This document shows positions 9,137-19,100 of a stretch of DNA of 48,532 nt, in pieces; positions within the stretch are counted from its first letter, which is position 1; the number at the start of each line of letters is the position of its first letter. A model generated the notes under the pieces. The model did no database searches. It worked only from the letters and a program-made list of their open reading frames with translations, and was not told the DNA's origin. The translations under genes were made by a program, and so were the position numbers. Where the stretch lies: the NCBI GenBank assembly GCA_964560145.1, contig CAZLKS010000002.1, positions 1-48,532 of the forward strand, in the 5' to 3' direction. This DNA is from an uncultured Candidatus Saccharibacteria bacterium. Its GTDB lineage: Bacteria > Patescibacteriota > Minisyncoccia > UBA6257 > 1-14-0-10-44-23.

Positions 9137-9457
9137 CTACTCCCGTATCTGACCTGCTCGACTCAACCACTTTTTCTCAATCGCCGCATCAAGGTCAACT
9201 CCGAGCAGTTTTGCATTGGTAATCAAAAGCCCGAGAACATCGGCCATCTCCTCGGCCAACTTCTCTTTTGCAACAGAATCACCAGGATACTTCTCCGGAC
9301 GACACTTTTTTCGGCTAATAAGAACTGCTTGAGATAACTCCCCCATCTCTTCATAGAGTTTCAACAAGGCATACTCCTCATCGATAGTAATGCCATACTT
9401 TTCTCCATAACTCATCTCCACCTCCAAAATTTTCTCCTGTAATTCTTTAAATTGCAT
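9137..9457 (-). CDS. MazG-like nucleotide pyrophosphohydrolase
   Basis: LYEEMGELSQAV...LAEEMADVLGLLITNAKLLGVDLD is the typical MazG EExxE/D helix pair. Confidence 0.8.
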   Translation of the reverse strand: MQFKELQEKILEVEMSYGEKYGITIDEEYALLKLYEEMGELSQAVLISRKKCRPEKYPGDSVAKEKLAEEMADVLGLLITNAKLLGVDLDAAIEKKWLSRAGQIRE

Positions 9458-9460
9458 AAT

Positions 9461-10162
9461 ATGAAAATTCTAACATATAATGAGCACATGCAAGCAAATC
9501 TCGGCAAAATCGAAGCATCCTGGAAAGCGGCCCTTAGTGACGAACTGTTTATGCAGTATTTTCACAATCTTACTGAGTTTGTAGAAAAAGAGTGTCAAGA
9601 AGGTGTTATCTACCCCGCTCCCGAAAATATCTTCGCGGCATTTGCTGCCTGCCCGTTTGAGAGCGTAAAAGTAGTTATCATCGGCCAAGACCCCTATCAC
9701 GGCAAAGGGCAAGCCAATGGCCTCTGCTTCGCCGTGCCCGAAGGAGTAACCATCCCACCATCACTGCGAAATATCTTCAAAGAAATCGAAAGTGACCTTG
9801 GCATTAATCCAGTACAAAATGGCGATCTAACTCGTTGGGCCAAGCAAGGCGTCCTACTACTGAACGCGACGCTCACGGTTCGTGCCAATGCTGCTGGGTC
9901 ACACCAGAAAAAAGGATGGGAAGAATTCACCGATGCTGTCATCAAGGCGCTCTCCGAGAAACGTGAGGGCCTCGTCTTTTTGCTTTGGGGAAACTACGCC
10001 CGCAAAAAAGGTACTCACATAGACCGAAACAAGCATGTAGTTTTAGAAAGCGCCCACCCCTCCCCGCTCTCTGCTCACGCCGGCTTTTTCGGCAACAAGC
10101 ATTTCAGCAAAGCGAATGAATATCTAAAAAAGCAAAATAAGCCCGAGATTAACTGGCGATAA
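9461..10162 (+). CDS. ung: Uracil-DNA glycosylase (family 1)
   Basis: GQDPYHG, GLCFAV and HPSPLSA motifs. The start is uncertain: TTG 9452, ATG 9461 or ATG 9488. Confidence 0.9.
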   Translation: MKILTYNEHMQANLGKIEASWKAALSDELFMQYFHNLTEFVEKECQEGVIYPAPENIFAAFAACPFESVKVVIIGQDPYHGKGQANGLCFAVPEGVTIPPSLRNIFKEIESDLGINPVQNGDLTRWAKQGVLLLNATLTVRANAAGSHQKKGWEEFTDAVIKALSEKREGLVFLLWGNYARKKGTHIDRNKHVVLESAHPSPLSAHAGFFGNKHFSKANEYLKKQNKPEINWR

Positions 10163-10170
10163 CTCTGGGT

Positions 10171-10617
10171 TTATTTTACGTGACGACTCGAATGAATCTT
10201 CTCTTCGAGTTGATCCAGCTTGAGCGTCATGTCCTTGAGTCCCTTTTTCATCTCAGCAATCGCCAGAAACTCGCTCTCAATCTCTAGTTCAGTCTTTTGG
10301 TTCAACTTCTTTTCACCTCGCAAACCAGAAAGAATGAGCTCATTACCAATGAAGCTTGAAGTAAAGGCACCGGTGAAATACAGCATCGCCGTTCCAACAA
10401 CAAAGGACCACGGACCGTCCCACCATGGATAATTAACAAGGTCGATGGTTAGGCTATTTTGATAATGATTCCAGAACTCATGCACCATATCCGCCGTATG
10501 CCAAACACCCCGCCAGAACAGCACAATGCCAATACCAACGATAAGTGCATACCACTTCGGATGGTGGCTTAAATAGGCCCGAACCCGCTCTTCCCACCGA
10601 GCAAATATTGTTTTCAT
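10171..10617 (-). CDS. Hypothetical membrane protein with a C-terminal coiled coil
   Basis: 148-aa ORF with two to three hydrophobic helices and a charged heptad-like tail. No family recognised. Confidence 0.5.
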   Translation of the reverse strand: MKTIFARWEERVRAYLSHHPKWYALIVGIGIVLFWRGVWHTADMVHEFWNHYQNSLTIDLVNYPWWDGPWSFVVGTAMLYFTGAFTSSFIGNELILSGLRGEKKLNQKTELEIESEFLAIAEMKKGLKDMTLKLDQLEEKIHSSRHVK

Positions 10618-10705
10618 AACTCCTCTATTCTACCTACCCGAAGACCAGATGCCAAGAGCAGCTCATTAATGATAGAATCTCGATATACCTTATCACACCA
10701 CTCGT

Positions 10706-11242
10706 ATGACATACGTAGCTCTACTTCGCGGCATTAACGTTGGTGGCAACAACAAGGTGGAAATGAAAAAACTCAAAGCTACATTTGAGTCGCTCGGATT
10801 CACCGATGTCTTAACATACATCAATTCTGGCAACGTCATCTTTACCTCTGACAAGAAAAGCCTTGACTCCCTTGCCCTAGAAATAGAAGAAGCAATCGAA
10901 AAAGTCTTCAGCCTAACCATTCGCGTACTAGTACGCGATAGCAAGAATATTCAAAAACTCATCCAGGTGACGCCCACCACATTCAGCAATGATGAGTCAC
11001 AGAGGACCGACGTTCTCTTCCTCTGGGATGAATTTGATAGTAAAAAGACCCTTGGCATCATCAAGCATAACCCGAAGGTTGATACCCTACTCTACACCCC
11101 TGGCGCTATTGTCTGGAGCATAAAACGAACTGACTATACTCGTAGTGGCATGCACGACCTCATCAAATCACCAGTCTATAAAAAGATGACTGGACGCAAC
11201 ATCAACACGGTCCGTAAGATAGCTGAACTCATGCGCGTTTAA
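10706..11242 (+). CDS. DUF1697 family protein
   Basis: The N-terminus YVALLRGINVGGNNKVEMKKLK..GF..V.TYINSGNVIF is diagnostic of DUF1697. Confidence 0.85.
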   Translation: MTYVALLRGINVGGNNKVEMKKLKATFESLGFTDVLTYINSGNVIFTSDKKSLDSLALEIEEAIEKVFSLTIRVLVRDSKNIQKLIQVTPTTFSNDESQRTDVLFLWDEFDSKKTLGIIKHNPKVDTLLYTPGAIVWSIKRTDYTRSGMHDLIKSPVYKKMTGRNINTVRKIAELMRV

Positions 11243-11263
11243 AGCCCAAACACTGAACAGTGT

Positions 11264-12055
11264 CTATTTGCTGACGTGCCGTTTAAATAAACGAGCGGAC
11301 AAAGGCATGGCAAAGACAATGATGGCGAGGCACCAGATGAAAGACACCATAACATGACTACCTGTTGGCTGGCCGGTCATGAGTGCACGAATCGCTTCAA
11401 TAACGTGAGTAACGGGTTGATTCTCGGCAAAAATCCTGAGTACGGCCGGCATCGTGGCGGTTGGCACAAATGCTGCACTAGCAAAGGTCAACGGAAAGAC
11501 GACGAGGAATCCAAGCCACTGCACCGCCTCAACACTTTTCGCTAGGAGTCCCATTATTGCCGCAATCCAGCTAAACGCGAAGGTAAACACAAGCAGAATA
11601 CCAACGATAAGTAACCAGTCGGTGAATGATGCTTCGGGTCGAAAGCCAACAAAGAAAGCCGCGACAATCATCACCGTGGCTGAGATAGTATTCCGGAACA
11701 AGTCACCCACCACGTGACCAATGACAACCGAGAAGCTCGCTATTGGCAACGATTTAAAGCGGTCAACGATTCCCCGACGAACATCCGTCGCAACAGAAAG
11801 TGAAGTTGTCAGAGCGCCAAACGCTGCCGTCTGAACAAGAATGCCGGCAACCAGAAAGTTTACATACGACGTGCCACCCGTCTGAATTGCACCACCAAAA
11901 ACGTAGCGAAAAAGCAACATAAACATAATGGGCTGAATAGTCAGTCCCAAAAGTTGATCCGGGTTCTTGGTAATGTGTTTGAGACTTCGCCCGATGAGCA
12001 CTGCTACATCGGAAAGAAGCCAGTAGGACTTTGAGTGTGTGGTTGGATTTTTCAT
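11264..12055 (-). CDS. ABC-2 type transporter permease (DrrB-like)
   Basis: 263 aa with six TM helices, immediately downstream of a DrrA-like ATPase. Confidence 0.85.
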   Translation of the reverse strand: MKNPTTHSKSYWLLSDVAVLIGRSLKHITKNPDQLLGLTIQPIMFMLLFRYVFGGAIQTGGTSYVNFLVAGILVQTAAFGALTTSLSVATDVRRGIVDRFKSLPIASFSVVIGHVVGDLFRNTISATVMIVAAFFVGFRPEASFTDWLLIVGILLVFTFAFSWIAAIMGLLAKSVEAVQWLGFLVVFPLTFASAAFVPTATMPAVLRIFAENQPVTHVIEAIRALMTGQPTGSHVMVSFIWCLAIIVFAMPLSARLFKRHVSK

Positions 12056-12067
12056 AGAATAGTATAG

Positions 12068-13027
12068 CTATGAGACATCACTTGCTTCAGCGGCTACGGC
12101 ACCGTGTCCAGTAAGCTGCAAAAACACGTCGTCAAGAGTTGGTTTATGTACCGACATTGTGTCAATTTCGATAGCTGCACTACTGAGCGTATCGAGAATT
12201 GCTTTCACTGCTTTGACGCTTCCGTCAGTGGGGATACTGATACTGCGGCGCGCCTCATCATGAACAACACCAGGAGCCGGAAAAAGCCTAACAGCGCCAG
12301 CAAAATCGGCGGATTGCTCAATCATTATCTCTGTTCGCTCGTTGCCGACCTTCGCCTTGAGCTCATGTGCAGTGCCATAGGCAATTATCTTTCCCTTATC
12401 AAGCACCGCTATTTTATCTGCAAGCTTATCCGCCTCCTCAAGGTACTGCGTAGTGAGAAGAATAGTCGCTCCTTTCTTTTTAAGCTCTTCAATAACGGCC
12501 CACATGGTAAGCCGGCTTCGAGGATCGAGACCGGTCGTTGGCTCATCAAGAAAAATAACCGGCGGTGTTGCAACTAAACTAACCGCCAAATCAAGACGAC
12601 GACGCATGCCGCCGGAATAGGTTTTCACTGAACGGTCGGCAGCATCCACTAAATCGAATTGCGTAAGCAGCTCCGTCGCCCGCACGATACTCTGCTCCTT
12701 GCTTAGGTGATACAGTCGCCCCATCATTACCAAATTCTCCCTGCCCGTTAATAGCTCATCGAGCGCGGCATACTGACCCGTTAAACCAATAGAGTGCCGA
12801 ACCGCGTCCGCATCAGCGACAACATTGAACCCATTTACCAAAACGTCACCCGAATCGGGCAAAAGAAGCGTGCTCAAAATCCGAACAGTAGTTGTTTTCC
12901 CCGCACCGTTTGGTCCAAGCAGTGCCAGCATCGTCCCCTTTTCAATCGCAAGATTGATACCATCGAGTACGGCAACCTTCCCAAACGACTTCTTAAGATT
13001 AGTAATCTGAATAGTTGATTTTTCCAT
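12068..13027 (-). CDS. ABC transporter ATP-binding protein (DrrA-like)
   Basis: Walker A GPNGAGKTT, signature SGGMRRR, Walker B IFLDEPTTGLD. Confidence 0.9.
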   Translation of the reverse strand: MEKSTIQITNLKKSFGKVAVLDGINLAIEKGTMLALLGPNGAGKTTTVRILSTLLLPDSGDVLVNGFNVVADADAVRHSIGLTGQYAALDELLTGRENLVMMGRLYHLSKEQSIVRATELLTQFDLVDAADRSVKTYSGGMRRRLDLAVSLVATPPVIFLDEPTTGLDPRSRLTMWAVIEELKKKGATILLTTQYLEEADKLADKIAVLDKGKIIAYGTAHELKAKVGNERTEIMIEQSADFAGAVRLFPAPGVVHDEARRSISIPTDGSVKAVKAILDTLSSAAIEIDTMSVHKPTLDDVFLQLTGHGAVAAEASDVS

Positions 13028-13146
13028 ATAGGTACATTAGCTGGAATAGTATAGCAAAAAGTTGATACTGAACACCAAGTAGTGGCGCTTCGCAAAAAAA
13101 TAACATATTGGATGAATCGAGCTGGCGCCACCGCTTTGCCGCTGGC

Positions 13147-14388
13147 CTACTTACGTACGAAGGCCTCTTTAGGTGAAAGCAATGCAGCTCGCTTCGCCGG
13201 CCAAAAACCGGAAATCATACCAATAAAGAACGAAGTTATTATGATGAAAATGACGAACCACCAAGGAGTCAGGAACAGATTGATAGCGGCGCCTCCGAAA
13301 TGCTCCGCAACCAGGGAAAGTATGATGTTAATAGCCTTGCCGCCGCCAACGCCGATAATCACACCGCATATACCACCAAGGAGTCCCATAAGGGACGCCT
13401 CCATCAGGAACATTTTTTTAATATCTCTGTCGGTTGCACCAAGCGATTTCATAACGCCCACTTCGTAAATGCGCTCCATAAACCCGACAATCATAGTGTT
13501 GAGCATACCAAGCGATGAAACGATGAGTGCAGTAATACCGAATACGCCGAGAATAATCGTGAAAATATTAGTCACCTGCTTCGCCTGATTTACAAGGTCA
13601 ATGCGAGCCATCACCGAAAAATCTTTTGATAGTAGAGTGTCGCGCAGAGGCACAACCTCATCAATCGTACGCGCCTTAACCAATAGCGATTTAAAATAGG
13701 GCGGAATCTTCTTCATTTGAACGAGCGGTACCAGTGCCGTTGGCGGCTGCGAATCATCAACAATCACGCCGGTAATCGGTAGCGGCGTAAGCAACCCGAC
13801 CTGCTCAATTTTTGATCCACGATTCTCATCATAGTCTGCATTAACAGTAGCCACCGCTCCTACCGGTGAGGTACTAGCCGAAAATCCAAGCAGCTTAATC
13901 GCCTGACTGTTCAGCATTATCCCCGCCTCGCCTTCCATGATATTCTCACCTATCCCCGCCTTAAGACCGGTCAGCCTAAAATAGTTTGGTTCAATGATTC
14001 GCACGCCGACAAGACCCGTCGTCGATGCCATTTTAACCTCGCCAGAAAACTCACCAATCGGAGAGACTTCAGAAGTCTGAGGCAATGCGGATATCTCCTT
14101 CATTACCTCGGCGGTGAGTTGTAGATTACTTTCAGCAGTATACGAAACCTCCATCGTTATAAGCGAGTCCTCCGTGGTCACCAACTTCCCGATCAAAATA
14201 TATTGCAAGCCGTAACCAAGTGACACCAGAAAAAGCACCGTCGCGATACCAATCGACATACCAAAGATGGTCAAGGTAGTTCGAAGGGGTTTCGTCTTAA
14301 ACACGCGTAGCGAAAGACGCAAAATATCGAGAAATTGCAGTCCTCCACTCTTAAAAGGTGCGTCTGGATCAATAATTGGCTCAGTCAT
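13147..14388 (-). CDS. FtsX/MacB-type ABC transporter permease
   Basis: N-terminal TM helix, a large extracytoplasmic domain, and a C-terminal FtsX-like 3-TM bundle (..GVMKSLGATDRDIKKMFLMEA..). Confidence 0.85.
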   Translation of the reverse strand: MTEPIIDPDAPFKSGGLQFLDILRLSLRVFKTKPLRTTLTIFGMSIGIATVLFLVSLGYGLQYILIGKLVTTEDSLITMEVSYTAESNLQLTAEVMKEISALPQTSEVSPIGEFSGEVKMASTTGLVGVRIIEPNYFRLTGLKAGIGENIMEGEAGIMLNSQAIKLLGFSASTSPVGAVATVNADYDENRGSKIEQVGLLTPLPITGVIVDDSQPPTALVPLVQMKKIPPYFKSLLVKARTIDEVVPLRDTLLSKDFSVMARIDLVNQAKQVTNIFTIILGVFGITALIVSSLGMLNTMIVGFMERIYEVGVMKSLGATDRDIKKMFLMEASLMGLLGGICGVIIGVGGGKAINIILSLVAEHFGGAAINLFLTPWWFVIFIIITSFFIGMISGFWPAKRAALLSPKEAFVRK

Positions 14389-14399
14389 ATAAAAGCATG

Positions 14400-15725
14400 T
14401 TAGGCGCTACTAAATTGCGGGCCAATCGTGTATCCATTTTGTAATACAAAGGCCATTCTTTCTGATACAATTCGACTCTCGTGTAACGACAAACCAACAC
14501 CACTCTTTGCACATGAAAGATTCAGAATCTCACGAAAATCATCCGCGCTAATCATGTTTCGCAGGCGATTATTGAGAATTTCATCCAGTCGAATCTTCTG
14601 CTCCTCATCTATTTTTCCATGGTAATCCTTCAAAAGCCAGTCACGCAAAGCGGCGATTTCGGCAGCGAGTGAAGCATAGGGGTTTGCCTCCAGCTCCTTA
14701 ATCATCGAAGCGATATCTTTGCGATGTGTCAGCAGATCGTCAATGAGCGTGGCAATTTGTTGCGCTCGCTGTGCATACAAACCAACGCCACCCTTCTTAT
14801 ATGGACGGTCGAGCAACTCCTTGAATGTAGGTGTGTCTATCTCGTTCGCAAGTCGCTGAATAATAAAAGTTTCACACCGGCGTATCTCTTCTCCCGTGTA
14901 GCCACGCATTAGGAGCATAGATAGGCTACGAGCGGCGAGTTCTTGTCCAGGGAGTGAGGGCTCCAACTGCTGCATAACCTCCGTGGAAATAGAGGCAACG
15001 CGCTCCGAAGAGGCCTTTCCCTGCTGTTCGGCGACCTTCACGATGGTTCCATCCTTCATGTAGAAAATTCTCTTCGCATCACGCAGACTCCACACCTCGT
15101 GCGTAACCATGATGATAGTCCGACCATCCTTTTCATTGAGCTCCTTTAAGAACGCGAGTACGTTATTTGCATTTTCCGAGTCAAGGTTACCAAGTGGCTC
15201 ATCAGCAATAATAATCGGTGGATTATTTGCGAGCGCACGAGCAATACCAACGCGCTGTTGTTGTCCACCGGAAAGCTCAGAAGGAAAACGAGCAGCAAGA
15301 TGCCCAATTGCAAGTCGTTCTAAAAGTCGCTGTGCCTCCGCATGCCTTCGACTAAGCGAAATACCGAAAAATGACATCGGCAAAGCGACGTTGTCGAGAA
15401 CGGTGAGCGACGGCACAAGGTTGAATTGTTGAAAAACGATGCCGATGCCCAACTGACGGAATACCGCCAGCTCCTGCGAAGAGAACTTACTAATATCACG
15501 CCCATTCACGTTCACCTCTCCTTCCGACAAATGGTCCACGTCAATGCCAGCCATTAAATAGAGCAGTGTCGTCTTACCGCAGCCGGATGGCCCGAAGAAT
15601 GTTACGTAATCTCCCTGTTTAATATCGAAATTCAAATTCTTAAGAGCCCAGGTCTCTGACGACGCGTGGCGCTGATAATAAAAGTTTACATTTTTCAGCT
15701 CAATAGCTGATCGGGTAGTATCCAT
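14400..15725 (-). CDS. ABC transporter ATP-binding protein (MacB/LolD-like) with a roughly 200-aa C-terminal extension
   Basis: GPSGCGKTT, LSGGQQQRVGIARAL and IIIADEPLGNLD, followed by a helical extension with no recognised motif. Confidence 0.85.
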   Translation of the reverse strand: MDTTRSAIELKNVNFYYQRHASSETWALKNLNFDIKQGDYVTFFGPSGCGKTTLLYLMAGIDVDHLSEGEVNVNGRDISKFSSQELAVFRQLGIGIVFQQFNLVPSLTVLDNVALPMSFFGISLSRRHAEAQRLLERLAIGHLAARFPSELSGGQQQRVGIARALANNPPIIIADEPLGNLDSENANNVLAFLKELNEKDGRTIIMVTHEVWSLRDAKRIFYMKDGTIVKVAEQQGKASSERVASISTEVMQQLEPSLPGQELAARSLSMLLMRGYTGEEIRRCETFIIQRLANEIDTPTFKELLDRPYKKGGVGLYAQRAQQIATLIDDLLTHRKDIASMIKELEANPYASLAAEIAALRDWLLKDYHGKIDEEQKIRLDEILNNRLRNMISADDFREILNLSCAKSGVGLSLHESRIVSERMAFVLQNGYTIGPQFSSA

Positions 15726-15730
15726 GAAAT

Positions 15731-16195
15731 TTATGAATCTTTTGCACTACCTTTCTGTACTGCGACGTGCTCAGTATGCAAATCCTTTAGAAGTTTCAAG
15801 ATGTCCTGCGGAAGGTTGTCAGACTTATATATATACATATCCACTCCCCGATCCTTCGCAAGTGCTCCATATTTTTCCTCGGGATAGCTCGAATACACAA
15901 TCACTTTGACTCCCTTGAGCTCAGGGTCATTTTTTATCCGCGAAATAAAATCAAGACCAACCTCCGGCGAGGTCTTAAACGAATCATCATGCTCTTTCTG
16001 CTTCATCACTAAGTCCAAGAAAACAAAGTCTGGACGCATTTTCTCATCAGACAAAAACCGCTCTGCAGCTTCTACGCCATCAGCAACGAGCAGGTCAAAC
16101 TCATTTCCCAAGTTATGCAACCAAAAAACATCGGTAAAAAACAACCGTGAAGTCACGTTACTTTCTACGAGTAAAAGCCTCGCTTTTGTATCCAT
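15731..16195 (-). CDS. Stand-alone response-regulator receiver (CheY-like) domain protein
   Basis: LLLVES..FVFLDLVM..VIVYSS is a receiver-fold pattern with no output domain. Its start overlaps the upstream stop (TAATG at 16193..16197). Confidence 0.7.
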   Translation of the reverse strand: MDTKARLLLVESNVTSRLFFTDVFWLHNLGNEFDLLVADGVEAAERFLSDEKMRPDFVFLDLVMKQKEHDDSFKTSPEVGLDFISRIKNDPELKGVKVIVYSSYPEEKYGALAKDRGVDMYIYKSDNLPQDILKLLKDLHTEHVAVQKGSAKDS

Positions 16196-19100
16196 TATGG
16201 GTTGATGTTCTTAATAAACTTAAAGGTATCGTTGAAGTTACCCAAGATTACGTCGAGGATTGATTGTGCCTCCTGCGGAGTGATGAGCGTTCGTGGACCA
16301 AGCTTCGCTTTGTTGCCGAACTTATCAACCGAGGTGATTAACATAGTATACACAGTTTTTGGCTTCAAGTTCAAAAGTGCAACGGTGTGGTTAAGGGACA
16401 AATTCTTAGTATCTTCGTAGCGACTCGTTAAATCGTTCACATCCTGAAGCGAACCCTCGCTATAGTCGACAATCGATGTCGCTGGTTCATCGGTGAGCCA
16501 CGAAACAACCGTTTGGATTCTGTCAGTTCTCCCTGGCACCACAAAGCTCTCTGCTTTAAAGTTTGAGATAACCGGCATACTCACATCACGCTTAATAACC
16601 ACCTTTACGGGTTCAGCTGAAAGAACATTGTCATCCGCGTTAACACCAGATACTCGAACTTCATAAGTCGCTCCCTGTGGAAGATTCTCGATGAGCATCT
16701 CGTGCTTGGTCACCATCGCAGCAGTATCTTTTTTATTTACTGCACCAGTCACCACGTCTTTATATTCAACGATTGAAGTCGCTGGAGCATCAGTAGTCCA
16801 AGAAACGATGAATGATGAGTTTGTCGTACCGCTGATAAATGGCTTTATCTTACCCGCTTTAGTCGTAAATGTTCTGTCGAGGCTCTTACCAAGCGTACCC
16901 ACGAGAGTTTTACTGCGTACTTGGTAATGATACAGCGTGTTTGGCGTCAAACCAGTTACAACTACTGAGTGCTCCTTAACCGCCTCTTCCTGTCCACTCT
17001 GTTCAACAGGGTACGGCTTATCCGCCTCTTCGCGATACTCCCCTTTTGTTGCAAGCCCAACGAGCGAAGATCCTTTTATGTTTGTCTTCCAACTTATCTT
17101 CGCCTCTGTTTCGGCAACTTCACTCACGCTGATATCAGAAATAGTTGGTGGCAACAATGAAGGCAGCGAGGACTCGATAATGTCACTGAGCTTACTCTGA
17201 AGATCGGCGATGTCTGATATTTGTTCTAAGTCCTCGTTAGCCTCTGCCACAAATCGAGTCGCAAAAATCTGAGATGGTGCAACACCAAGATTTCCTGCCG
17301 CATCAAAAGACTTCGCCACAAACGAGTACTGCCCGCCAAGTCTCAAGTTCGGTAAAACAATTACCGGGTCGCCGCTTAATTCCGTAGATCCAATAGTAAC
17401 AACCTTACCCAGCTCATCCCTGAGCTCCACGAAGGAACGTGACATTTCGTCGGTATGCCACGTCACCGTTGCCTGAAAACCTTTAATGTCTTTAACCTTA
17501 ACATTTGTTAATACTGGCGGCGTTGTGTCTCCTCTTGTTACGCCACCACCACCGCCATTATTGATGGCGTTCGTCAGACTTGATACAAGCACTACATAGT
17601 CTTGCGTTGTCGACACGGTCTGCGTAGACGATATTCCTTCATTCGAAGCTTGGTCTACCGAATGAGCTGCATAGAAATAATCCGTCTGCGCCGTTAAACC
17701 AGTGAGGGTAACGATGTGATAAATGGAAGGAGTCGAATCAAGCGTCGTGAGTGTCGAAAGACTGGTTGACGCGGTGCCATAGGCGACTTGCGAAGTCGAC
17801 AGTTCATCTGTCTGCCAGACAATGACTGCCGTGTTCGCTGCTACGACTGGTGTAGAAATATTAGAGATAACCGGTGCTTTTACGTCTTCTGTAGTGTTGA
17901 ATGAATAATACGATCTACCGTTATTATCAGTAGTGGTGTTACTCGATGCATCAGTTGACTCAACGTAGTAGTAATAGGTTGTTCCAGCAGTAAGTCCTGT
18001 CAGATTAACCTGGTGATGATACACCGTTGTCGAAGTTGGCCCACCAACCAAGCTCCCGGTGCCAGCAGTCTGTAGGTTTGATAAGAGTGCATTATCGGCG
18101 TACTTCACGATTGAGCTTGAGTCAATATTGGTGTCCCAAGAAATAGTAGCAATACTGTCGCTGATACTTGGCGTTGTAACGTTGCTGATAATCGGGCCAC
18201 CAGCGGTTGTGATAGTATACCCTGCTCCACCATTGCTATCGGTCGAGGCATTATCCAAAATGTCTGAAGAACGAACGCGATAATGATACAGCGTGTTCGG
18301 CGTTAAACCGGTAACCGTAACCACGTGACTCGTCACCATCGTACTCACCGTTTTTGACGAACCAAAACCGACATCGGGATCGGCGGAATACTGCACGACA
18401 GAGTCAGAAAGCTCATCGGTGTTCCAAAGAATAGTAAACCAGGTGCTCTGGGTTGTTGAGGCGGTAACCCCAGAAATAACTGGAGCAGCAAGGTCAGAGC
18501 CACCCTGTCCGTTAGGCAAATCACTCACCGCAGAGGTAAACGCCGAAGAATCACCATCACTATCAATGGCCTGAATCTTGTAATAGTAGGTTGTCGACGA
18601 TGCAAGGCCAGAATCGAGGTAGTAGTTGTAATTTGCGTCATTGATTGTGGTATAGAGACTATACGTCGAACCGCTATCAGTGGACCTGTATATCTTATAC
18701 GACGAGAACGCTGCACCAGATGCCGCAGAATACGCCTGCCAATAAACGAATTCCTTAAAATCGCTCGATGTCACACTCGAAACATCCTGAATTTCAAAAT
18801 TCTGTGGCGTTTGCGGCACCACGCCAGTTCTATTAGTTTGATTACTAAAAACGTCTTTGGCCTGCAAATACACTGTCGGATTAGAAACGTTTGCAAACGT
18901 CCAGTTGATAGTCTGACTTGTCGTTGAAGCGTTCACCGTTTGCCACTGACCACTAATTGCATTCAAGCCATCAGCTGACAAATCGGAATTATTAGAAAGT
19001 CGATACGTAATGTTGCTATTGTCGGTTATTGCAAGCGATAGCGTCCCCGAAGCCTGGTTGAGCGTATAGGTGCCCACCGACGGTGCCGCGGTATCCACCG